Shown here: piece by piece, positions 22,094-32,128 of the stretch
Layout: every line of letters starts with the position of its first letter
Position numbering within the stretch: position 1 is the stretch's first letter
Assembly: GCA_963726745.1 (NCBI GenBank)
Contig: CAVSDR010000006.1
Location: 224,001-288,000 of the forward strand
Source of the DNA: an uncultured Verrucomicrobiae bacterium
GTDB lineage: Bacteria; Verrucomicrobiota; Verrucomicrobiia; Chthoniobacterales; UBA10450
Direction: 5' to 3'
DNA: 64,000 nucleotides
The notes under the pieces: generated by a model
Seen by the model: the letters and a program-made list of their open reading frames with translations, nothing else
Databases searched by the model: none
What the model was told of the DNA's origin: nothing
Position numbers and translations under genes: made by a program

Positions 22094-22789
22094 CTACGGA
22101 TTTGTCAGGACCATGCTCGCGTCCTCGGAGGTGGGCGGTTCGCCGCCGGTCGCCGGGCTCGGGAGGACGCCGATCGAATTCTGGAATTTCTTGATGTCGC
22201 CGCCGGTGTTGGCGTTGGTCGCCTGATTCTTCCGGTAGATGCTGGCGTCGCCGCCCTTGCGGACAATGATGAAACCCTTGTCGCCATACGGCACCTTGGA
22301 GGCGTCGAGCGCGGTGTTGTAAGTGTAGTTCGCGCTCGCGGCGAAGATCGTGTTCGAGGCGTCCGGCTCGCGCACCTTGTAAACCTTCAGGCCGCTCTTG
22401 CCGCTCAGGGTCACCGTGGTGGTCCCGCCGGTGCCGCCGCCGCTCGAGGAATCGACCACGGCGTTCGTTCCGGGCGCAGTCAGGATTTTCTGCACGTCGC
22501 CCGGCTTGAGGTAATCATTCTGCACCAGCTTTTGCACGTAGGTCTGCAGGGTGGTGAGGGTGGCGTCATCGCCCGGCCAGGAGAGGTTCGGATCGGAGTT
22601 GGTCGAGCCATCGGTCGCCATCTGGAAGCCGGCAAGGTAAAGCTGGCGGGCGTTGTTCATCGTGCCGGTCATCTGCCCGCGACCGAGGGCGTTTGTGAGG
22701 GCGGGCACAGCGAGCGCGGCGAGCACGGCAATGATCGCGATGACCACGAGCAATTCGATGAGGGTGAAGGCGGAAGTCTTTTTCATCAT
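22094..22789 (-). CDS. Prepilin-type N-terminal cleavage/methylation domain protein (pilin/pseudopilin-like)
   Basis: MMKKTSA|FTLIELLVVIAIIAVLAALAVPAL class III signal. Confidence 0.85.
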   Translation of the reverse strand: MMKKTSAFTLIELLVVIAIIAVLAALAVPALTNALGRGQMTGTMNNARQLYLAGFQMATDGSTNSDPNLSWPGDDATLTTLQTYVQKLVQNDYLKPGDVQKILTAPGTNAVVDSSSGGGTGGTTTVTLSGKSGLKVYKVREPDASNTIFAASANYTYNTALDASKVPYGDKGFIIVRKGGDASIYRKNQATNANTGGDIKKFQNSIGVLPSPATGGEPPTSEDASMVLTNP

Positions 22790-22869
22790 GGGTTTAGCGG
22801 CTGCAAAGCTGGTGACCGCAATGGTTTTGGTCAAGCAGCGAATCGGGGACATTTCCGGCAGCGAAGGCT

Positions 22870-25083
22870 TTACGCTTCCGCGCGCTCGAGCTTGAAGGCG
22901 AGCGTGGCCAGAGGCGGCACTTCGATCTGCAAGGAATGCGTGCGGCCCTGCCACTCCGCGGCGCTCGCCTCGAGCCCGCCCATGTTGCCGACATTACTCC
23001 CGCCATAGGTCTCGGCGTCGGTGTTGATGATCTCGCGGTAGAAACCGCCCGCGGGCACGCCGATGCGGTAACCGTGGAGAACCTGCGGTGTGGCATTGAT
23101 CACAAAAACAATCACGTCGCCCGCCTGCGATTTCCGCAAAAACGCGATCGTGCTGTTATCGGCATCGTGGAAGTCGATCCACTCGAAGCCGTCGTAGGTG
23201 TCGTCCAGGTCGAAAAGCGCGGGCTCGTTTTGGTAGGTGAAATTCAAGTGCTGCACCAGGCGGCGGAGGCCGTCGTGCTTCGGTTGCTCGAGCAGGAACC
23301 AATCGAGCTGGCGGTCGTGATTCCACTCGCGCACCTGGCCGAATTCCTGGCCCATGAAGAGCAGCTTCTTCCCCGGATGCGCATACATCCAGGCATAGAA
23401 CATCCGCAGGTTGGCAAACTTCTGCCATTCGTCGCCCGGCATTTTCCCGAGGAGCGAGCCTTTGCCGTGGACCACCTCATCGTGGCTGAGCACGAGGACA
23501 AAGTGTTCACTAAAAGCATACATCAGCGAAAAGGTGATGCTGTTGTGGTGGTAGCGCCGGAAGATCGGATCCAGCGACATGTAGTTCAGGAAGTCGTGCA
23601 TCCAGCCCATGTTCCACTTCATCCCGAAGCCGAGGCCGCCGAGATACGTGGGCCGCGAGACGCCGGGCCAGGCGGTCGATTCTTCCGCGATCGTGACGAT
23701 CCCGGGGAATTGCTCGTAGCAAACTTCGTTGGTCCGCTTGAGGAAATAGACCGCCTCGAGGTTCTCGCGGCCGCCGAAGGCGTTCGGGATCCATTGCCCG
23801 GGCTCGCGCGAGTAATCGAGATAAAGCATCGAGGCCACCGCATCCACCCGCAGCCCGTCGATGTGATATTTATCCAGCCAGAAGAGCGCGTTCCCGGTGA
23901 GGAAATTCCGCACCTCGTTGCGGCCGAAGTTAAAGATGAGCGTGCCCCAATCCTGGTGCTCGCCCTGCCGCGGGTCCATGTGCTCGTAGAGATCGGTCCC
24001 GTCGAATTCCGCCAGCCCATGCGCGTCCTTCGGGAAGTGCGCCGGCACCCAGTCCATGATCACGGCGATCCCAGCCTGGTGGCATTTGTCGATGAAATGC
24101 CGGAGCTCGTCGGGATTTCCGAAGCGGCTCGTGGGCGCGTAGTAGTTCGTGACCTGGTAGCCCCACGAACCCTCAAACGGATGCTCCGCGATCGGGAGCA
24201 ACTCGAGGTGCGTGTAGCCCATCTCGACCACGTAGGGCAACAAAGTGTCGGCTAATTCCAGGTAGCTGTAGGGCCGGTTCGCTTCCGACTCATGCCGCCG
24301 CCAGGAGCCGAGATGCACCTCGTAGATGCTCATCGGCTGCTTGTTCCAATCCTTGGTGCGCCGCGTCTCCATCCAGGCCGCGTCGCTCCATTGGTAGCGG
24401 TCGAGATTGTAGACTAACGAGGAAGTTTCCTTGCCCCATTGGCCGAAGAAAGCGAACGGGTCGCTCTTCAAAAGCAGGTGCCCGGCGGGCGTGCGGATCT
24501 CAAACTTGTAGTGCGCCCCCTCGGCCACGCCGGGGAGGAACAACTCCCACACGCCGCTGCCTAATAAGCGCCGCATCGGGTTGATCCGCCCGTCCCAGCC
24601 GTTGAATTCGCCGACTACGCTCACGCGCTGGCCGTTCGGCGCCCAGACGGCAAAGTAAGTTCCGTCGACGCCGCCAATGCGCCGGAGTTGCGCGCCGAAT
24701 TTCTCGTAAATTCGGTGGTGGTTTCCCTCCGCAAACAGATGCAGGTCGACCTCGCCCATGATCGTCCCGTAGCGGTAGGGATCGACGGTTTCGTGCTCCT
24801 CGCCGTTCCAGCCGGTCAACCGCAGCCGGTAGTCAAAATCGCGCGCGCGCCCCGGCAGCACCGCCTGGAAAAAACCGTCGGCATGCAGCCGCTCCGCGAG
24901 CACTTCCTCGTCCCCCGCCGCCCCGAGCACGCGCACTTCCTTGGCGTCCGGCCGGAAGACGCGCACGACCAGGTTTTCGCCCACGCGATGGGGCCCGAGG
25001 ATGCGGAAGGGATCGGGATGCGCCCCGGCGAGGAAGGCGTGCATTTCATCGACCGGCAGTCCGAGAATTTGAAATTGGCTCAT
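22870..25083 (-). CDS. glgB: 1,4-alpha-glucan branching enzyme
   Basis: FAVWAPN, IYEVHLGSW, SWGYQ, DGLRVDAVASMLY, AEESTAWP, LSHDEVVHGK. Confidence 0.97.
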   Translation of the reverse strand: MSQFQILGLPVDEMHAFLAGAHPDPFRILGPHRVGENLVVRVFRPDAKEVRVLGAAGDEEVLAERLHADGFFQAVLPGRARDFDYRLRLTGWNGEEHETVDPYRYGTIMGEVDLHLFAEGNHHRIYEKFGAQLRRIGGVDGTYFAVWAPNGQRVSVVGEFNGWDGRINPMRRLLGSGVWELFLPGVAEGAHYKFEIRTPAGHLLLKSDPFAFFGQWGKETSSLVYNLDRYQWSDAAWMETRRTKDWNKQPMSIYEVHLGSWRRHESEANRPYSYLELADTLLPYVVEMGYTHLELLPIAEHPFEGSWGYQVTNYYAPTSRFGNPDELRHFIDKCHQAGIAVIMDWVPAHFPKDAHGLAEFDGTDLYEHMDPRQGEHQDWGTLIFNFGRNEVRNFLTGNALFWLDKYHIDGLRVDAVASMLYLDYSREPGQWIPNAFGGRENLEAVYFLKRTNEVCYEQFPGIVTIAEESTAWPGVSRPTYLGGLGFGMKWNMGWMHDFLNYMSLDPIFRRYHHNSITFSLMYAFSEHFVLVLSHDEVVHGKGSLLGKMPGDEWQKFANLRMFYAWMYAHPGKKLLFMGQEFGQVREWNHDRQLDWFLLEQPKHDGLRRLVQHLNFTYQNEPALFDLDDTYDGFEWIDFHDADNSTIAFLRKSQAGDVIVFVINATPQVLHGYRIGVPAGGFYREIINTDAETYGGSNVGNMGGLEASAAEWQGRTHSLQIEVPPLATLAFKLERAEA

Positions 25084-25188
25084 GGTGGGACAGGGAATTT
25101 AACCACATCGCCGCCGATGGAAACCGTGGATGCGCTTTCGTGCTTTTCGTTTTGAATCCAAAGCCCGCGCCGCATAGTACGCGCGCAC

Positions 25189-26097
25189 ATGGATCGCAAC
25201 TTCAGCAGCGCGGTGGACGACCTCCTCCGCACCTACCGCGAGAATGGCGGGATCGACTACGTGGAAGCCGCCGCCAGCCTCCCTTCGCGCCCGGCGGTCG
25301 ACGCGGCCTGTGTCGATTTACTCAGCATCATGTTCCCCGGCTTTCACGGCGGCGTGATGGCGCACGCGGGCGACCTGCCGGCCGTGACCACTAGCCGGAT
25401 CAAGAGCCTCCAGGCGCGCCTGAAACCGGAGGTGCTCAAGAGCCTGGCGGCCGTCCAGTCCGAGGACGCGTCGGAGGAGAACGCGGATGAAATTCTTTTC
25501 CACTTCTTCGGCCAGCTCGCCCCCCTCCGGGTGATGCTCTGGGCCGATATCGATGCCGCCTTTGAGGGCGACCCGGCCGCGATCAGCTACGAGGAAATCA
25601 TCCTCGCCTATCCCGCGATCGAGGCGATCGCGATCCAGCGCATGGCGCATCTGCTTTACCAAAAAGAATTGCCGCTCATCCCGCGCATGATGACCGAGTG
25701 GGCCCACGGCCGCACCGGGATCGACATCCATCCGGGCGCGCAGATCGGCTCGCACTTCTTCATCGATCATGGCACCGGCGTCGTCATCGGCGAGACCTGC
25801 GTCATCGGCGCGCACGTGAAGCTTTACCACGGCGTCACCCTGGGCGCGCGCAGCTTCCAAAAAGACGAGCGCGGCCGCATCCGCAAAGGCGGCAAGCGCC
25901 ACCCAAACGTCGAGGATCACGTCACGATTTATCCGAACTCCACTGTCCTCGGCGGCGAGACCACCGTCGGCGCGCGCAGCACCATCGGCGGCAATGTTTT
26001 CCTTACGCAAAGCGTCCCGCCCGACTCGCTGGTTTACTACGAGGCCAAGCAGATCGCGATCGTCCCAAAACGAGCGCAAAGCGATTTCGCCGGCTAA
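25189..26097 (+). CDS. cysE: Serine O-acetyltransferase (EpsC/CysE type)
   Basis: DPAA, YP, TGIDIHPGAQIG, FIDHGTGVVIGET, KRHP. Confidence 0.92.
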   Translation: MDRNFSSAVDDLLRTYRENGGIDYVEAAASLPSRPAVDAACVDLLSIMFPGFHGGVMAHAGDLPAVTTSRIKSLQARLKPEVLKSLAAVQSEDASEENADEILFHFFGQLAPLRVMLWADIDAAFEGDPAAISYEEIILAYPAIEAIAIQRMAHLLYQKELPLIPRMMTEWAHGRTGIDIHPGAQIGSHFFIDHGTGVVIGETCVIGAHVKLYHGVTLGARSFQKDERGRIRKGGKRHPNVEDHVTIYPNSTVLGGETTVGARSTIGGNVFLTQSVPPDSLVYYEAKQIAIVPKRAQSDFAG

Positions 26098-27229
26098 TGA
26101 TCTACCTCGATTACAACGCAACCACGCCGCTCTGCGCGCCCGCGCGCGCGGCGATGGCGCCGTATCTCGAGGAGCACTTCGGCAACGCTTCCAGCATCCA
26201 TGCCGCCGGGCGCGTCGCGCGCGCGGCGATCGATGATGCGCGCGATCACCTCGCGCAGTTGCTCCGCGCGAAGCCGCACGAGCTCATCTTCACCGGCAGC
26301 GGCACGGAGGCGAACAACCTCGCCGTGCTCGGTCTCGCGCGCAGCCGGCGCGAGCGCGGGCGGCACCTGGTTTGCGGGAGCACGGAGCATCACGCGGTGC
26401 TCCATGCCTTCGAGCATCTGCGGGAGCGCGAAGGCTTCGAGGTTACCTTCCTGCCGGTGGACTCGTTAGGCCGGGTCGATCCCGCGGAGCTGGCGGCGGC
26501 CTTACGGCCGGAGACGACGCTGGTTTCCATCATGTCGGCTAATAACGAGACCGGCGTGCTCGCGCCGCTGCGGCGAGATCTCGGCGGTCTGCCGCGCGAC
26601 GCGGCGTCCTCCTCCATAGCGACATGGTGCAATCCTTCGCCAAGGAGCCGACCGACCTCGCGCTGGTCGATGCCGCCAGCTTCGCGGCTCACAAGTTTTA
26701 CGGGCCGAAAGGCGCCGGCCTGCTTTTCCTCCGCGCGGGAATCGCGCTCGAGCCGATCCAGTTCGGCGGCGCGCATGAGAACCAGCGCCGGCCCGGGACG
26801 GAGAACGTGGCCGCGATCGCCGGGATGTCGGCCGCTGCCGCCTGGGCGCTCGATGGTTTCGTGGAAGAACAAGCGCGCGAAGCAGAGCTGCGCGACCGCC
26901 TGGCGGAGAAATTAGACAGCGCCTTGGTCAACGGCGACCCGCAGCATCGCCTGGCAAATACGCTCAACCTTAGCTTCCCCGGGCTGGACTCGGAAACACT
27001 CCTGATGGCGCTCGACCTCGAGGGCGTCTGCGCCTCCAGCGGCAGCGCCTGCATGGTCGGCTCGGTCATGGCTTCGCACGTCCTCCGGGCGATGGGCGCC
27101 TCGCCGGAAGTCGCTGGCTCCGCGCTTCGGCTCTCGTTAGGCAAGCAGACCACCGCGGAGGAAATCGAGACCGCCGGCGCCGCGATCCAGCGGGTGCTCC
27201 GTCGGCTGCAAGCGCATGCGCTGGCTTAA
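26097..27229 (+). CDS. iscS: Cysteine desulfurase (IscS/NifS family), two frameshifts near 26570-26600
   Basis: MIYLDYNATTP, GNASSIH, NNETGV, then HSDMVQ, HKFYGPKG, RPGTEN, SSGSAC. Confidence 0.88.
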
Positions 27230-27806
27230 GCAGCTCGACCTCTTCACTCACCTGCCGCCGCGCGCGCCGGTGCTCGCGCCCGCGGCGCAACCCGGGCGCG
27301 ATCCGGTGCTTGAAGCCGGCGCACGCGAGCTTTTGCTCTCGTTAGGCGCGGAGGCGCTGGCCGCCCGGGTGCGCGTCGCCTGGAGCGCGCGCCTGCGCAC
27401 CACCGCCGGGCGGGCCGACTTCCGCGCCAGCCTGATAACGCTTAATCCTCACCTGCGCGCGCATGGCGAGGCGGAGGTGGACCGCACCGTCCGCCACGAG
27501 CTGGCCCACCTGCTGGCGCACGAGCGTTTCCCCCGCCGCCGACTGGCGCCGCACGGTCCGGAGTGGCGCCAGGCCTGCGCCGATCTCGGGATTCCCGGCG
27601 AAGCCCGCTGCCACTCCCTCCCCTTTCCCGCGACCCGCCGCCCGCGTCCCTGGCTCTACCAATGTCCGGCCTGCCGCGCGGAGTTTCCTCGCACCCGCCG
27701 GATCCGCCGGGCGGTCGCCTGCCTGGCCTGCTGCCGCAAACACAGCCGCGGACGGTTCGACGCGCGCTTCCGGCTGCGGCTTGTGAGCGTGCAAAATGCC
27801 GCCTAA
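27216..27806 (+). CDS. SprT-family zinc metalloprotease
   Basis: RLRTTAGRA, HELAH, HGPEW, C-terminal CPAC/CLAC zinc ribbon. Confidence 0.85.
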   Translation: MRWLKQLDLFTHLPPRAPVLAPAAQPGRDPVLEAGARELLLSLGAEALAARVRVAWSARLRTTAGRADFRASLITLNPHLRAHGEAEVDRTVRHELAHLLAHERFPRRRLAPHGPEWRQACADLGIPGEARCHSLPFPATRRPRPWLYQCPACRAEFPRTRRIRRAVACLACCRKHSRGRFDARFRLRLVSVQNAA

Positions 27807-27814
27807 TCTCCCAC

Positions 27815-29255
27815 GTGTTCCGCGGTAAAAGGTTGCTGCTTGTTTTCTGTCTGCTCGGAATCGTCGGCACCGCTTGCAGCGTCCTCGGCTACTCGGCCGG
27901 AAGCGACAAATGGACGAGAAATCGCACGGTCGCGATGCATCTCTCGTTAGGCGGGCCGGCCGCTTTGCAGGATGGCTTCCCTTCCTTTAACGCCTCCGCC
28001 GCGGACGCGCTTCGCCAGTGGAATGCCTACCTGGCGCACATGCAATTCGGGCCGATCGAAGGCTCCTCGCTCACGCCGGAGGATGGCGACAGCGATAACT
28101 CGGTCTTCTTCACGAGCACGGTTTACGGGAAAAGTTTCGGCCGCAACGTGCTCGCGGTCACGCTCACTTCCATCCGCGGTCCGATCACAACCGAGGCGGA
28201 CGTGCTTTTTAACAGCGCGATCTCCTGGAATTCCTACCACGGCCCGCTGCAGGGCAGCGTGCAGGATTTCCACCGCGTGGCGCTCCATGAGTTCGGGCAC
28301 GTCGTCGGCCTGAACCACCCGGACGAGAACGGACAAAAGGTGGTCGCGATCATGAACTCGACCGTGAGCAACCTCGAGACGCTGCAGACCGACGACATCA
28401 ACGGCGCGCGCTCGATCTACGACAATGGGCCGCCTTACCTCGCGACCACGGCGTCGTCTAATCTCGGCAACCTTTCGACCCGCGCGCTCGTCGGCACCGG
28501 CGACCGCGTGCTCATCGGCGGTCTGATCATCCAGGGCAGCCAGCCGACCACGGTGATCCTGCGCGCGGTCGGTCACTCGTTAGGCGCACGCGGCGTGACC
28601 AATGCGCTGACTGATCCGCAGATTGAGCTGCGCAACGCCAGCGGCACGCTCGTGGCGCAAAACGACGACTGGATCGACAGCGTGGATGCGGAAACGATCG
28701 CGAGCTATCGGCTCGATCCGCCGAACAGCACCGAGTCGGCCATCCTGCGGACGCTGAGCGCAGGCAATTACACCGCGATCGTGAAAGCCTTCGATAACGG
28801 AGACGGCAACCTCACCGGCACAGGGCTCTTCGAGATTTACGAGGTGCAGGGGATCGGCGGCCGCGCCGGCAATATCGCCTACCCGCGCGCAGGTCTTGAG
28901 CGGGAACGACGTCGCCATCGCCGGCTTCATCATCGGTGGCAGCCAGCCGAAGGAGGTGATCGTGCGCGGGCTCGGTCCGTCGCTCGCGAACCAGGGCGTG
29001 GCCGGCTCGTTAGGCGATCCGGCGCTCGAGGTGCGCGACTCCTCTGGGCAGCTGGTGGCCTTGAACGACAACTGGCAGACTGATGGCAACGCCGCGCGCG
29101 TGCAGAGCGTCAACCTCGCGCCCACCCGGCCCGAGGAAGCCGCGCTCGACCTGACGCTCAATCCCGGGACCTACACCGCGATCCTGCGCGGCGCCAACGG
29201 CACCACCGGCGTGGCCTTGATCGAAGTCTACGACCTGAGCGCGCCGCCGCCTTAG
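27815..29255 (+). CDS. Secreted matrixin (M10)-type metalloprotease with two tandem C-terminal N(L/I)STR-type domains; frameshift near 28875
   Basis: Signal peptide from GTG 27815; HEFGHVVGLNH and AIM Met-turn; two ~125-aa repeats (NLSTRALVG..LIGGLII..VILRAVG.SL..DP.IELR..NDDW..ESAI..L.AGNYTAIV..G.GLFEIYE). Confidence 0.8.
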
Positions 29256-29261
29256 CGCTCG

Positions 29262-30402
29262 TTAGGCAAGGTCGTCGCCCTCGCCCTTCTTCGCGGTTTG
29301 CCCGCGGAGCTTCGCCTGGATGAAGAGATCGATCTCGCCATCCATCACCCCCTGGACATTGCTCGTTTCCGCGCCGGTGCGGTGATCCTTCACCATCTGG
29401 TAAGGCTGGAAAACGTAGGAGCGGATCTGGCTGCCCCAGGCGACGTCGCCTTTCTCGCCATATTGCCGGTCGATCTCGGCGCGCTTCTTGTCCTGCTCCA
29501 TCTCGTAGAGCTTGGCCTTGAGCATTTTCATCGCGAGTTCGCGGTTCCGGCCCTGGCTGCGCTCGGCCTGGCAGGCGACAACGATGCCGGTTGGTTGATG
29601 GACGATGCGCACGGCGGTCTCGACCTTGTTCACGTTCTGCCCGCCTTTGCCGCCGGCGCGGAAAGTGTCGACTTCGATGTCCGCCGGGTTCACTTCGATG
29701 GGAACCGAGTCGGGCATTTCCGGGACCACATCGACGCTGGCGAAGGAGGTGTGGCGGCGCTTGTTCGCATCGAACGGAGAGATGCGCACCAACCGATGCA
29801 CCCCGCGCTCAGCGCTGAGATAGCCGTAGGCGTAGTCGCCGCTGACCAGGAACGTCGCCGATTTGATCCCGACTTCTTCGCCAGTCTGGAGGTCGATCGT
29901 CTGCGACTTGAAGCCATTCCGCTCGACCCAGCGGCCATACATTCGCAGGAGCATATCGGCCCAATCGCACGACTCCGTCCCGCCGGCGCCGGAGTGGATC
30001 GTGACGAAGGCGTTCGACTTGTCGTTAGGCCCGGAGAGGAATTGCCGGAGCTCGAATTCCTCGAGCTGATGGAGAATACGCGCGCGCTCTTCCGCAATCT
30101 CGGCTTCGGCGGCGCTGCGCTGGGCGGGATCGGTTTCCTCCGCGGCTAATTCCAGGAGCGCCTCGAAATCCTCCGTGCGCCGTTCGAGCTCGCGGAAGGG
30201 ATTGATCAACGAACGCAGTCGCGAGACTTCCTCGACGTCCGCCTGGGCGCGCTCGCGGTTATTCCAGAAGTCGGGCGCGGTCATGCGCGCCTCCAGGGTG
30301 ATCAGTTCTTCGTGCAGCTTGGGGAGGTCAAAGATACCTCCGGAGCTCGCCCACGCGGGCCTTGAGATCGTCTGCCTTGAGTTCCTGCACTTCCGTCGCC
30401 AT
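29262..30402 (-). CDS. prfB: Peptide chain release factor 2 with programmed +1 frameshift
   Basis: [12 protein letters not shown] anticodon motif, GGQ. Short first ORF MATEVQE...RRYL* ends in CGGAGGTATCTTTGAC. Confidence 0.97.
30327..30341 (-). promoter_or_regulatory. prfB autoregulatory +1 frameshift site
   Basis: Minus strand GGAGG-TAT-CTT-TGA-C: internal SD followed by the canonical CTT TGA C slippery site. Confidence 0.92.
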
Positions 30403-30452
30403 GGCGGGGAAGATAAGGAAAACTGCCGGCGCCGCCACGCAGAGTTTGCCGG

Positions 30453-30799
30453 CTATTTTCGCTGGCCGCCGGAACGCGGGTCGAGGCGGAAGACGGTTTC
30501 GCCCGGCTTCATCAAATCGAGCCGATCGCGCGCGATCGTCTCGAGATAGGCGGGATCGGTCTTGAGCAAGTTCACCTCGCGCGAACGCCGGGCCAGGACC
30601 AGGCGTTGCTCGGTGACCTTCGCCTGGAGGTTCTCGATTTCCGCCCGACTGGCGGTGAGCTTTTTGTGCTGCGGAATGAAAAGGCTGAGGACGATGAGGA
30701 GAAACGCGAGCACGAGCAAACCGCGCACGATGCGGTTGAGCTGTTGCCAGATCGAAGCTTCGCGGCGCGCTCGAAAATCGCCGTCGCCAGGGTGATCCA

Positions 30800-30800
<1 letters not shown>
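30453..30800 (-). CDS. ftsB: Septum formation initiator (FtsB/DivIC family)
   Basis: One TM helix, coiled coil, YLETIARDRLDLMKPGETVF; directly downstream of eno. Confidence 0.82.
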
Positions 30801-32128
<1,328 letters not shown>

